Shown here one piece after another: positions 11,517-22,982 of a stretch of 64,000 bases of DNA (positions are counted from its first letter, which is position 1; each line of letters starts with the position of its first letter). Position numbers and translations under genes: made by a program. Source of the stretch: Epithemia pelagica. Lineage: Eukaryota; Protista; Bacillariophyta. The stretch spans positions 1,922,001 to 1,986,000 of the forward strand of contig OX337240.1 of NCBI GenBank assembly GCA_946965045.2. The letters run 5' to 3'. The notes beneath the pieces were generated by a model. It searched no databases and was not told the origin of the DNA. It saw only the letters and a list, made by a program, of their open reading frames with translations.

Positions 11517-13154
11517 TTACACGACATTGCGTTGTTCCGACGACAGTTCGTTTCCGTCAAACTCAAACATACCGGGGTACGTGGCGGCATAGGTCGACCG
11601 AAGTTCGTGAGACAGTTGGGTGCGTCCGCTTCCTTCTCCGGGTTGTTCGGCAAAGCACACCATAATGGTTCGCACGGCCGATTCCACCACGAACAGCACC
11701 GTGTTGCTAATAATAATGCCGACAATAAAACCAATCCAAAAGGCTACGGCCAAGGCCGCATTGTAATCATCGGCACTCGAGAAGTGGTTGTGTCCCAAAA
11801 AGACCATGAGCAAGACACAGACAGCTCCCGTGAGAGCCGCAATTCCAAGATTGGCAAACATCAAGACACGGAAAATAAGGCGGTCCGTAATCAGTGTAGT
11901 CCAGCCTCGAGCCTTGAAGAGGTCAATCACCTTGCGACCAGCCGAGAGGTAATCATATCCATAGATACCAACGTAACAAAAGGCCCATGAATTAAAGTAC
12001 TCGAGATACGCGCGAAGACAAATCACAATGCATTGGATCACACAGCTCACAATATCACGGCGATTGCGAGTCTGACGAGCCATTTGTTCCAATGTTTGCA
12101 AAATGGCCACCAACAAGCTACCGAAACAGATCGAGCCAAAGGAATACGTACAGGAACGGTAGAGGGCATCCGATACATCTTGTCCGCAGCAACCGCGGCT
12201 TGATAGGGCTTCGTCTTCGGAAAGAATCCACCACGACGAAACCGCTCCAGCGGTTGTGGTGTGAAGGGTATTCTGAATGACTTGCTGGGTCCAATACAAG
12301 CACAACAGAAGAAAAACGACTGCAACGGTACTGGGTTGCTGGTCGCACATGCTGTCTTCACCATTGGCATCAGAACAGGGAACTTGAGGTTTCTGCTGAT
12401 CGTGATAGACTACACCTGCAAACGCAATCATCCACATAAAACTCCACGCATAAATGGTAAAGAGAGCTCCGATGCTCAAAAAGAAGAGTCCAATATTGGC
12501 ACGAACGGCTGTCAAAGCCACCTTAAGGTTCACGGCGGCAAAGGGCATGAATCGCTTGTAACAGTTATAAAAGCACAAAGAGATCAAACTGAAACCGACG
12601 GCCATCATCCACCAGAACCCAACAATAGAACCGTGCACGTCTCCGTTTTCATCCTCTTCCGTTGGTTTGGATGCCATCAAGATGAGCAACGCCACAACAG
12701 CAAAGGACACGGGTGCAACAAAGAAAGAGATCTTGATCACTGTCAAGGGGTGACGGATCATGACACGGAAGGCCGACATGGTCACGAGGGTGGAGGCCAT
12801 GAATGTCCCCACCAAGAAGAAGAGAACATCCGAGCCAGAGAAGCTATTGCTGGACGAGGAATTTTCATTCCCACCGCCGTTGTTGAATTGATCATCGGTT
12901 GTTTCATCGGATGACTCGGTGCTACTGAACAGGGCTGGCCCAAAAGCCATTGCGGTTCCGGCAACGGCAGCTACTTGAATGAAGAAGAGAACGGAAAAAT
13001 ACCAGTCACGAAAGGCCGGAGGTTGGACTTCCCCCTTCATGACTTCAATCGAAATGGGTTCCACTCGATGGATTCCGTCCCCTTTGTCATCTTCCTTGTT
13101 TGCCGTCACGACCATGTCTTCATGATCGGTATCGTCTTGCTTAACAGGCATCAT
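11517..13154 (-). CDS. Choline transporter-like protein (CTL/SLC44/PNS1 family), 545 aa
   Basis: FRDWYFSVLFF; SFGSICFGSLLVAILQ; EYFNSWAFCYVGIYGYDYLSAGRKVIDLFKARGWTTLITD; about 10 TM segments. Confidence 0.92.
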   Translation of the reverse strand: MMPVKQDDTDHEDMVVTANKEDDKGDGIHRVEPISIEVMKGEVQPPAFRDWYFSVLFFIQVAAVAGTAMAFGPALFSSTESSDETTDDQFNNGGGNENSSSSNSFSGSDVLFFLVGTFMASTLVTMSAFRVMIRHPLTVIKISFFVAPVSFAVVALLILMASKPTEEDENGDVHGSIVGFWWMMAVGFSLISLCFYNCYKRFMPFAAVNLKVALTAVRANIGLFFLSIGALFTIYAWSFMWMIAFAGVVYHDQQKPQVPCSDANGEDSMCDQQPSTVAVVFLLLCLYWTQQVIQNTLHTTTAGAVSSWWILSEDEALSSRGCCGQDVSDALYRSCTYSFGSICFGSLLVAILQTLEQMARQTRNRRDIVSCVIQCIVICLRAYLEYFNSWAFCYVGIYGYDYLSAGRKVIDLFKARGWTTLITDRLIFRVLMFANLGIAALTGAVCVLLMVFLGHNHFSSADDYNAALAVAFWIGFIVGIIISNTVLFVVESAVRTIMVCFAEQPGEGSGRTQLSHELRSTYAATYPGMFEFDGNELSSEQRNVV

Positions 13155-13709
13155 CTTTCCTTAGAAGCTTGGCAACGAAACAGTTACGGAGCAATGAGTG
13201 GTTCGTCACGATGTTTCACGGAAGTAAAAGAACAACAGTTAAACGAATTAAGAGAAAATCCCTAGCTTTCCATGATTCACAAAGCCGTTAGACATATACA
13301 AAAGTTACAACTCTCAAGACGGCTAGGGTGTCCAATGAAAGATCCAACCAAAATCCTTAGAGGTCATGTTCTTGACACACCATGACTTTTTATGTAATCA
13401 GAGGTGGAATTAGGCCTTACTTTCTTTTCCATGTCGCTGTGAAGGATTGGGCACATCATGGGAACGAGTCGTGCATAAATTTTAGCTACCCCATTCCATT
13501 CGCCCATAGCATAGCCCCCTAGCTTCTCGGAAAATGGACTATGGCGAAAATTTCTGGAAACGGTCCACGGAAGAAGTACATGCCAATCGACCCTCATAAA
13601 TAACAACAACAGCAACAAATCCCGTACGATGATAATCCAGAGATGCATGGATTGATTGCAAGCCCTGTCGTGAGATTGTTTGGGATTCGTCTAGTACAAG
13701 CTCACCAAT

Positions 13710-15092
13710 TCAGCTTTCTTTTCTCAAGAGTGCTCCAGCAAAATTGTCGCGAAAGGAATCCTTTTGACTCTTTTGCAAGCGCTTCAGTTCCAAATTAATC
13801 TTTGCCAAGAGCTTCTGCGCTTCCTTTGACAATGCTGGGGATTCAAACGGCATCTGGATAACATCGGATTTGGCCGCCTTCAAAAGCCGGATACCATCCG
13901 AAGTGTTGTTGGTGGACAACAATAGTACCTCCTTTGCGAGCTCGTGGCGTGCCGTTGCACGTTGAAACAAGATTTTGTGGTGAAACTCGTCGAGTTGTAA
14001 CGCCATGCTCGCACAAGCTTCCGACTCGCTCCATGACTTCGCTCGGAAGTGGACCAAGGCAAGGTTGGAGTACAAGGTTACCAGTATGTCTCGTTGGGGT
14101 CCACGTTTGCCCTTGGAGGATCCATAGAGGTCAACTCCAGCCCTGTACATGGATTGAGCCTCACTGAGGTTGTTTTGTTTAAACGAGGCATTGCCTTTCT
14201 CTTTGTATTCCAAAATGGCCGAAAATGTCGTCTCATCCAATGCAGCGAAGCAGTCAATCGGATATTGTGGACAGCGAGAGAGACAAAAAGCCTCTACCAA
14301 TGCAATCGTTTCATCCTCACAGTTGACATCCCCAAAATATGCCACGCATCCTTTTCCATAGTTGTGCATGGCCACAATAATATCGTATTCGGCATCTAAG
14401 TCCGTTGCCGTCGCTGATGTAGGGTCCTGAGGTTTGGATACATCACGGCCATTCATAAAGGGCACCATAGACTGTGTTCGTGAATCCGATGTGACACCTA
14501 AGCAGCGTTCATTGGGTGGAACATTTTGCAGAGTTGTTCCCTTGGCACTATAGGGTACAATGATTCGTCGAGAGTAGTTGCCATTGCCAAAGCTGTAGTT
14601 GACATTCAGTTCATTCTCGACGCATGGACCCCAAGTGGTGCGATAGTAGCCGGATCGTTCCCACGTGGTGTCAAACAACTTTTGAAACGTCGAGACCAAC
14701 AATCCTTCACTGCTGGGAAACGCTGCGACACCACCAGCTTGTACAAAGGCTTGCAAGTGTCTGCCCAATTTGGTTTCGAAAGTTTCGAAGTCCGTATCAT
14801 TGGAGTAATCAACAACGACAATGCAGTGATAAACGCCACTTTCGATTTCTTGAATACATCGATCTATTCCAAAGGCATCGGGTGAGGCACTACTACCTTG
14901 ACTATGCTGTAACTCATGTGGATCACTCAGCCAAACGCGAAAGGTACGAATTCCGGTCCCACTCCCCTGGTCAATGGCTGCAGCAAATTTTTTTTCCATC
15001 CAGGGAACCATGCAATAGCCTTCAATGAAAAGGATGTGGACATCGCTTTCTGGCATAGTACTCAGTGGACGCCATCCATCTCCAGTCTCCAT
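13710..15092 (-). CDS. Two-domain protein: N-terminal alpha/beta domain (class I glutamine amidotransferase-like fold, uncertain) plus C-terminal TPR repeats, 460 aa
   Basis: TPR pattern KEKGNASFKQNNLSEAQSMY...LYSNLALVHFRAKSWSES...KILFQRATA. N-terminal block ends GKGCVAYFGDVNCE. Confidence 0.75.
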   Translation of the reverse strand: METGDGWRPLSTMPESDVHILFIEGYCMVPWMEKKFAAAIDQGSGTGIRTFRVWLSDPHELQHSQGSSASPDAFGIDRCIQEIESGVYHCIVVVDYSNDTDFETFETKLGRHLQAFVQAGGVAAFPSSEGLLVSTFQKLFDTTWERSGYYRTTWGPCVENELNVNYSFGNGNYSRRIIVPYSAKGTTLQNVPPNERCLGVTSDSRTQSMVPFMNGRDVSKPQDPTSATATDLDAEYDIIVAMHNYGKGCVAYFGDVNCEDETIALVEAFCLSRCPQYPIDCFAALDETTFSAILEYKEKGNASFKQNNLSEAQSMYRAGVDLYGSSKGKRGPQRDILVTLYSNLALVHFRAKSWSESEACASMALQLDEFHHKILFQRATARHELAKEVLLLSTNNTSDGIRLLKAAKSDVIQMPFESPALSKEAQKLLAKINLELKRLQKSQKDSFRDNFAGALLRKES

Positions 15093-15396
15093 ATTGTCCT
15101 TCCGCTCTCTTGCCCTTCAAGAAGTTGCTCTTGTGACTTTTGTTGTGAAACACATTTTGAGAAAGACGTGTGGTATGTCGCCTTTTCAGTAGGTAGCACT
15201 ATAAAGTACTCCTACGTAGATACCGCAAACCGCATGGCTGTGGTGCTTAACCTGCAGCAGCTTTATAATAGAGTGTCCGTACACAAACTACAAATGTTTT
15301 GAGGACGTTTTTGGGACTCCCTATGGTCGCTTTGTTCAGCTTGAAAGGCCAGCTAATACATGCAAAAAATCTATATATGCATAACTCCATTTTCGG

Positions 15397-16329
15397 TTAA
15401 TCTTTCTTGACAGCAGGGTTATTCACATCATCCGTCTGTTTATGGAAAACGCATGCTTCGGCAATACAATGGATGAACAACAAATCTTTCGGCAAAGGGT
15501 ACTTAGGCTGAACATGCCCCGGCATTGTAATGTAGAGCAACTGCTTTTGCCAATCCGCTATGTATTCATGAACAGGAACATTGGTACATTGACTAGACGG
15601 CGTCTTGCTTCTTGCAATACCAACCTGCAAATCTTCGATAAAGTAGTAGCCACCAGGGTTGAGTTCTGGCCACAGTTTATGAAACGAATTGAGGATTTGA
15701 CAATTTTCATGACCACCATCATGGATAATGGCATCAAACTTTCCACCAGTTTGTTCAATCCATGAATCCAATGTTTTCATATCTCCTTGATCACCAGTCA
15801 CAACTTAAATGCCCTCCAATTGACCTTTCGACAGGGCCTTGTCCACGCAGGCTTTGTTATATTCGGCCTCCCACACTTCTACGGTAGGCGGGAAAAGCGT
15901 TTTCCACAGCGTGACGGATGCTCCAGGTCCGTAAAACATGTCGCAACCCAAACCGATTTCCATAAACTTCATGTTTGGCTTATAGGCAGCAAGAGGCAAC
16001 AAAAACTGGCCGTACATGTTGTGATACCGATGACGGTCCGTTGTCCAATACCCGATCTTGTCGGTAACAGGTTGAATCGACAGGGCTGTATCTTTGAAGT
16101 GTTTGATCCGAACCTGGGGATCGATGTTTGCGTTGAGACTGACTAGCGTATTCTTCTCAGTTACGGCTGGCATTGCATCAGTGATCATCTGAGCGTCCAT
16201 CATGGACTTCAATACATCCCTATACACAAAGGCAACAAGGGCACTGAGAACAAGAACCACGACAAGAACTCGTGTGTTCGTGGATCGTGTCTTCTGGTTG
16301 TGGAACGGAGAACTATCAATCAATGCCAT
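15397..16329 (-). pseudogene. Membrane-anchored class I SAM-dependent methyltransferase (MycE/TylE-like), interrupted by an in-frame TAA at 15805-15807
   Basis: ATG at 16329 (MALIDSS) and a TM anchor VLVVVLVLSALVAFVY. Motifs HRYHNMYG, MEIGLGC...GASVTLWKTLFP, then GI-TAA-VVTGDQGD, FDAIIHDGGH, LWPELNPGGYYFIEDL. Both ORF halves are in the same frame. Confidence 0.8.
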
Positions 16330-16466
16330 GTTGTCAATCTCTCTTCTTCTGGTGCCTTGAGGTATCGATCCTTTGTAGGTTTGGTAGAGGGAAGCAGCAA
16401 GACAATTGAGCCAAGATTTTCTCAGAGCAATGCGATGAATGATGAAACATGGATATCTTGTGTGAC

Positions 16467-16487
16467 GTTCACGGTTCACGGTTCACG
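16467..16487. repeat. Heptamer tandem array (GTTCACG)x3
   Basis: Read directly from the sequence. Confidence 0.85.
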
Positions 16488-16692
16488 TCGCACTTGCACG
16501 CCAAACCGCCACATAAGAAAAACGACAAACGAGCGCGTCTATTTTGTGTTCCATTTTTGTTCCATTATTAATTTCTGTTTTTTACGGCTGCACAGCTTTG
16601 TTCCAACGTACGAAAAACGAGTGCAAGACGTCCAATATGGGAATAAGACTGCGTGAGTCACGCAGCATGCCCTTACTTTTTTTGACGAATGA

Positions 16693-17473
16693 GGGCCTGT
16701 GTCCAGGGAATGTGTTTTTGAGTTCTGAAATCGATCGAGGTTGAGCCAATAGGTTATGGTCCCCTTGAAAACTCGAAAACACAACCTCGAATCCCCCAAA
16801 TCTTGGCAATCCCCCAACGACCTTGCCAAGATTCTGAAATCGAGTTTCGAGTTTCGAGGTTTGCAAAGAGCCCCACGCGCTCCTACAAAACCCACCTTTC
16901 AGCCGCCGGGCTTTCTGTCTCTCATTTCGATCTCTCCGACAACAACAACGAGGCAATCTCTCTTGTCCATCATAGACAATAGTAGCACAATGATTGATGT
17001 GATATAAGTAGGAGCTTCTCTAGAAAATAAGCAAGTATTATTAACCTGTCGCTGCCATGGAAGTAATGGTCACAACCACTGTCAATGGTCTAAAGAGCAA
17101 ATAGTTCTCATCTCTCCATAGATGACATGGTTACGGAACAAAGCCTGCATCCTGCTCCATGGACGGGCTCTACAAATATTCTACCTTCTCACGTTATGCA
17201 ATGTGATATTAGGAATTAGGAGTACTCAAGCGACATTTGTTTGTCGTCATTGTCAATTGCCGTTGTGCTCGTTCATGCGCCGGTAGGAGGGAAGCATGGG
17301 AGTGCACGAGTATTGAAAAATAAAACTCGAAACTCGAAACTCGAAAATACATTTTTTACCTGGACACGTACATCCAGAATCCAGATCGTTGTTTCAAGGT
17401 AGGGACAGAGCCCCACCTCAAAACTCGAAACTCGATTTCAGACCTCGAAAACACATTCCCTGGACACAGGGCC
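16693..17473. mobile_element. Non-autonomous MITE-like element (PIF/Harbinger/Tourist-like), 781 bp
   Basis: TIRs at 16693-16734 (GGGCCTGTGTCCAGGGAATGTGTTTTTGAGTTCTGAAATCGA) and 17432-17473 match 39/42. TGA flanks both sides (16690-16692 and 17474-17476). Subterminal CTCGAAA/TTTCGAG repeats. Perfect 11-bp internal hairpin (16799-16809 with 16823-16833). No coding capacity. Confidence 0.8.
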
Positions 17474-17493
17474 TGACCCCCAAATCCCAAAAA

Positions 17494-18465
17494 ATGGCGA
17501 CAGGAAATGGTGGGGAATCGGGAATCACATCGGCATCAGAAATCACTCCATCCTCCATCATGTCCATTGACAGGATACCAAAGTCAGACCCACCAAAGGA
17601 AGTTCTGGATCGAGTTCGTGTGTTGCAACACTATCTTTGGTCGATACAAGTCGATCGGGAACGACAACGCAAGCTCGCACAATCAGAGAACGAGACTCCA
17701 TGCAATTCGCAAGACAAGCAGCACGTGATCCAATCACCAACAACGAGAAACAAGGCCCATGATTCCGACCGGGAACCACCCACGAAAATGGTCAAGGTTG
17801 ACAACGACGCACAGGCATTGGTGCCACCCACCTCTATGGAACTGAATCAAATCTTTCAAGTAGTGACCACCCTATTCGGATCACACAGTACAACAACAAC
17901 GTCTCCATGCATAGTCGAAGCGGCCATGGCTCTTTTGGACTCGGCAGAATTCAACATTACACGAGTCGTTTCTCTGACTTCGCAACGAAGCATGTATCTG
18001 ATTCGAGCCGATCGTCCAAGTAAGGACCGCATCCACTATCCTTCCTCCGACCAAATAGAATCATCCAAACCGCCTCCATCGCCACCATCAGAACCGTTTG
18101 ATCATGACGACAATGACGACGAACTACAACAGGAACCAATCATGCAATCCCCGACAAGCTCTCCCAGCTACTATTTTTGTCGTTTCCCCGAGGAGTCATC
18201 TGAGGATGCGAGTTTCTTTCATTGCTCTTGTCGGTCTTATTTTGACCAAACCATGCAAGGCTTACATCCCTCTTGTCCTCCTGCAAACGAAGTGGAGAGA
18301 GGCAAACACCATTGCGTTGGGACTACAGATTCTCCGACCTTCCTTTGTGAACATTTGCTCGCTCTTCTTCTGGCACCGGCTTTGGTTATTCCCATGGCTG
18401 TCCTGGAAATGAAGAGTGATCATGACTTTGCCGAGCTTGTCATTGGCCGCATTGGTCTAAGTTGA
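17494..18465 (+). CDS. SWIM zinc-finger protein, SWS1/ZSWIM7-like (Shu complex, homologous recombination)
   Basis: ATG at 17494 (MATGNGG). TTLFG...EAAMALLD...ITRVVSLTSQRSMYLI resembles the ZSWIM7 N-terminus. SWIM CxC...CxH is FHCSCRSY...LCEHLLA. Confidence 0.7.
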   Translation: MATGNGGESGITSASEITPSSIMSIDRIPKSDPPKEVLDRVRVLQHYLWSIQVDRERQRKLAQSENETPCNSQDKQHVIQSPTTRNKAHDSDREPPTKMVKVDNDAQALVPPTSMELNQIFQVVTTLFGSHSTTTTSPCIVEAAMALLDSAEFNITRVVSLTSQRSMYLIRADRPSKDRIHYPSSDQIESSKPPPSPPSEPFDHDDNDDELQQEPIMQSPTSSPSYYFCRFPEESSEDASFFHCSCRSYFDQTMQGLHPSCPPANEVERGKHHCVGTTDSPTFLCEHLLALLLAPALVIPMAVLEMKSDHDFAELVIGRIGLS

Positions 18466-18803
18466 TAGAAGGAGAAGTGATTCTTTGGGGGTATATCAAT
18501 TGTACAAGGAAAATCACGCGCATTAAACTCTTATTACATGAGCTTTGCTCAATACTCTTTTCATTAATTGTATGGCCATGGAGTATGTATCATGAACAAC
18601 AAGCATGGCTCACCAGCAGACGAAAAAGGAGAAGCGATCAGGAATCAGGGCTCAGGGTAAAAATAGTAGAGAACAATCCAGAATCCCGAACGACTTTTTG
18701 TGCAACAGTCAAGAGGCTTCAACCCATTTGATCGTATCAAGACGAGCCGCAACGAACGAACTTCATGCGAGGGCCCGTATTGTCTCTCACGATATGGAAA
18801 GAC

Positions 18804-21800
18804 TCAGCATGCACCGTAGCCTTCCCCAGATGAGGATGAAAATTGTGCAATGTTGGGACTTCCTGGTACCACATTCCTTACCGCTCGCAATTCTGGTTGC
18901 ATGTAGGCTCCTCGGAGAAAGGTCAAATCAAAGCTTTCCTCGTGTTCTTGATCTTCGATCAGACATTCCTGCGTTGGTAAATACGACGCCACGCGAAAGT
19001 GCATTTGTCGAATGTAAAAGGTGAAGAGAACGGTTATAATCTTTTGCCGGCAGTTTCAGGAAATCACGTGTGAGATATATTCCACAAGACAAAGAGGAAT
19101 CACTGTTTTGGAATCGTGCTTACCGGTAAAGGAATGTAAAGGGGAATCTGTTTTGTTGCCATTTTGAGACCAAGTAACCCAAAGACTGCAGGAACAACAA
19201 AGATGAGAGGCTTTTGATATCATTATTGCATGATTGCAATTGTTCGTACTTACTTGTCAACTCTGCAATCAGCATGCACGTCAGCATAATCTGAATAAAG
19301 TGTGCCCAAAGTTTCCCTCCACTATCATGATCCCGTCCGTACGTGTACATGAACTGGCCGCGAAACATGGAACCCATGAAAGCAAAGCACACCGCGGAAA
19401 CCACAGCCACGACGGGTGATATCACTGCATATACAAAAAGAACCATAAAGTATAGCACCTGTACCCATTGGTATCGGGTGAGATACACACAGTAACTGAT
19501 TGAACCAGTCCTTACATCAAGGCCAACTCACCAGTCGAGACGTATAATCGGCATGTTTAAACGGTGGAGGATCATTCAGTGGCCGTAAACCCATGTAAGT
19601 ACTCCGTCGTTCTTTCTCGGTGAGATTTGGACCTATTCTACTCCGAAGTATCGCCATGGATAGTGGATAGACACGGAACATCTCATAGGCGGCCGTCAGC
19701 GTGGTCCATATCATTAAAATTTGCATGAAGTATGTACCTTGTGCGGGCAGCGTTTGGGACAGAAAATCAATAATCTCTGTCCATTCATAGAGCATAGGCG
19801 AGATGGCCTGTTGCATGTAGTGATAAATCATCGTGAGTAAATACAAGCCTTTCCTCTTTCGACTTATGGGCCGTCCTACTCACCTGCAAAACACCGCCAG
19901 ATATGGCGCTCACAAAGAATGTTTGAACAATCATGAAAGTTGCTAGCTTTGCAAACTTGGAGACTGGGAGGTCAAATATACTTGTGAGCAAATGCATCAT
20001 CTCTCCAACACTTATTTGTTACCGTTTCCTTATCTTACCTTGAATCATGCCCCTAGAGATGGGCCCCTCAAACAACGAGATAGCTCCCAGAATGCTTGGT
20101 AGGAACATGTGGGCGAATACCACAAGAAAAGGAGCAATTTGTTCCGTTATGGGCACCAGAAGTGGGTACTCTTTGAATATAGCCTCTATCCATTTGAAAT
20201 CGGTTTGAACCGAGGAGGCGTTCGACAAGGATGCAAAGAATGACATGGGAATTGTCCATAGCAGACACATGGCTGCCGTCATTCCCAGTGCCGCCAGTTT
20301 ACCAAGTTGCAAATCTTTGTGCGTACGATTCATGTTACCCCAAAAGACTGTAGCAAAAGGATTATTGTCAGGAATGTGAACGCGCTCATCAATATTACCA
20401 GGCTAACAAAAACTCACCATCGTCGGGATCGGGAGCCTCCATGACTTCCATAATAAACGGCCGTGGGTGATGAATCATTTGCAAGGCAGCACTTGCAACG
20501 CTTCGCTTGGTAAAGACCACAAATCCGGCTGGAAAGACTTCTCCGTCGTCGCCTCCCAAAACCAACGTCACGGCCCGATTGGCAACGTCCGTCGCAGCAG
20601 TAGTCGCCTTACTAGCAACGGTCGTGGCCGTCCCCGCTGCCTTTTCCGCAACTGAAGTTGCGGTCTGGACAGTCTTTTGGAATGTTTTTGTCAATGTATC
20701 CAATGTATTCTGTCCACGACGACGCGAGGATGCTGTTGAATCCTCGGAAAAACTTGTTCCTGAAAAGCGAACACCAGACGGATCCGGATCAAGTCCTTGC
20801 CTTTCATTGAGATTTGGATTCTGGCCATTGTGTTCCATATCTTGATCTAATGCATTCTCTGATAACAAGGGAACTTCAGCTCGTCCCAAACTATCCGATG
20901 CTTCCAAATTCGATTGAGAAATCATGGCTTCGAGTTCACCCAAATGGGACTGTGGTTTTGGCGATGATACATTGAATGGTGTTTCGGATTGAAATTCTCG
21001 TCTAGCATTGCCGGTTTCTTCAACCTCTACATGGTGTGCTTGAGCCACCGGCACCGATGACTCGACTCCTCCGACAATTGTCTCCAGTTGATCAATACGT
21101 TGATTAATATCGCGATTCTGTTCTTCCAGTTCGTCCGAATAGTACTGAATTGAATCCACATCGTTACCCAAGACAGACATGGTGCTGCTGTGACGAGGTC
21201 GGACACCATCGCGCTCCAGGAGTGCCAATGAATGCTCCAAATTCCCCAAGGTCGTCTCTCGTTGTGCCACGACTTTGGTAAGATTGGGTGCATTGACAGC
21301 CAATCGAGCTTCCAGTACATCTTGATTCGAAAAGCAACGACGAAAAAATGCCTCGAGACTCGAGTTTGTACGATAGTCGGGAGGAATGTTTCGGACAAAG
21401 ACAGCAAAGTGACGCGCCAAGGGCTTGTGCAAATATCGATGTCGGGCATCAATGTACCATTCCAATTCTTGTAATATTTGATACATGGCATAACCAAACA
21501 TAATATAAGCTGCAACGACCGTGGCATATAGACGTAAGGAACCTGAGGGTACATGTCCAACGGTTGTCTTCACAATGGTGTCGGTGATATCCTTGGTCTC
21601 TGACGATCGCTCGGCCGTAACGTATATTGGAATGAGCCACATGCCGTTTAAAATACCGACCACACTGAAAAAGAGTCATCAACAAATATTTATCGCCAAA
21701 TAACGAAAGAAGAAAGATGAAACATTAAGACAGAGGATTGACTGCAATGCTTTTTTCTTAGAACACACAATACTGAAACGATACAGCTGCCGTACCTTAA

Positions 21801-22214
21801 TCGAAAGCCCATTTCGATGAGACGTACAAAGCAGAGTGCATCCATTCCACATTCCTCCATCATGTCATTATCGGAAACTTCATACACTCTCCACATCCAG
21901 GAAACAAATCCAAACTGGTCCGCTGCCAAGTGTGTTCTCAGAGTGGAGTCATCCACCCAATCACGCACGTTGTAAACTCGAGGAAACTGAAGTCGGAGAC
22001 AGCTGAATAAAAGAACCAGAGCAAACAAGGTGCTTCCATAGATTTTGATCGAGGCCGAAAGTACTTCAGAATCTTTGAAATCGGCGCTTGCCCAGCTGTC
22101 GTTGGGGTTATTGTTCGCGGAGTGATTCCCCAAAGGTTGCCAACCTGTTCCATTGCTCTCGTTTCCCCAGTCAAGTCCATCAGACGGATCGCTGATCAGA
22201 AATCTCCATCTCAT
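18804..22214 (-). CDS. OSCA/CSC1/TMEM63 (DUF221, RSN1_TM) mechanosensitive Ca2+-permeable channel, paralogue A; 8 exons, about 944 aa
   Basis: Exons 22214-21796, 21664-20418, 20347-20039, 19963-19884, 19807-19532, 19458-19254, 19185-19124, 19040-18804; all introns GT-AG; CDS 2835 nt in frame. Motifs FSWMW, CGMDALCFVR, FAVFVRNIP, EAPDPDDVFWGN, LPAQGTYFMQ, DSGGKLW. Confidence 0.93.
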
Positions 22215-22982
22215 TATGTCATTCCTTTGCTTCTTCAGTTTCGAAGCAAGAGAACAATCCCTTTGTCGCCTTGGTCTTGGATTCCTTGCTGCAACAACGA
22301 CCTTGTCCTCATTCGTGAGAAAGAACCCGGTATCTTCTTGTTGTGACGACGGAGGGGCCTGGTTCTGATGGGTCAGACCTTAATAGCTTCCGAGTCCGAA
22401 ATGGGGGAGTGGGATATGGGTTTGGGGGCGTAAAAGAGGGAGAATTTTCTTCAGGCGCGCTCAATTTCATATCATGCCTGCGTGCGAGTGCGAGTGCGAG
22501 CGCTGCGAACAGGCGCTGGCCTCTGCTCCCACAAAATGCAGACAGAACACGAACAAAACACGACAAACTCTTGTATCCGAGAGATGCAGATTCTAGACTT
22601 TGAACGCTTAGCTCTCCAATCTCCAATACGCATCGGAAGTAAATGATCTTCAAGTCAAAAGTGTCGGTGAACATCAAGTGAAAACAGCGCAAGAAATTAT
22701 TTGCGACAGAGGCGACAGAACATTCTTATATCTTTCGATATCGATGGAGTCTGTGATTTGTTGCGTTGATAGTTGATGGGCCAGATCTGCACATGATCGC
22801 AAGGAACCTTTACCTCAAGCGGGGACTTGGAGTGACACGATCGAGTATGGACGACGAACAATAGAAATGAAGGTTGGATACACTAATACAAAATAATCTT
22901 CCTTCTATTGTATTGTATTCCGAAATAAATTCATGTGATTTTGATTCCCAAACATCTCATAAAAGTCTTATTGGCTGGCTGC

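Noticed and set aside
1751-15807. Alternative nuclear code (TAA/TAG = Gln, as in ciliates) to explain the two in-frame TAA codons
   Set aside because: RPLP2 ends at TAA right after its GGDY terminus and VPS15 ends at TAG right after the final WD40 KVWR. Multi-kb ORFs (VPS15, MER3, OSCAs) contain no internal TAA/TAG. The standard code fits.
15804-15824. 21-nt GT...AG micro-intron that would remove the TAA in the methyltransferase
   Set aside because: Far below the intron size seen in this genome, with no branch point or pyrimidine tract.
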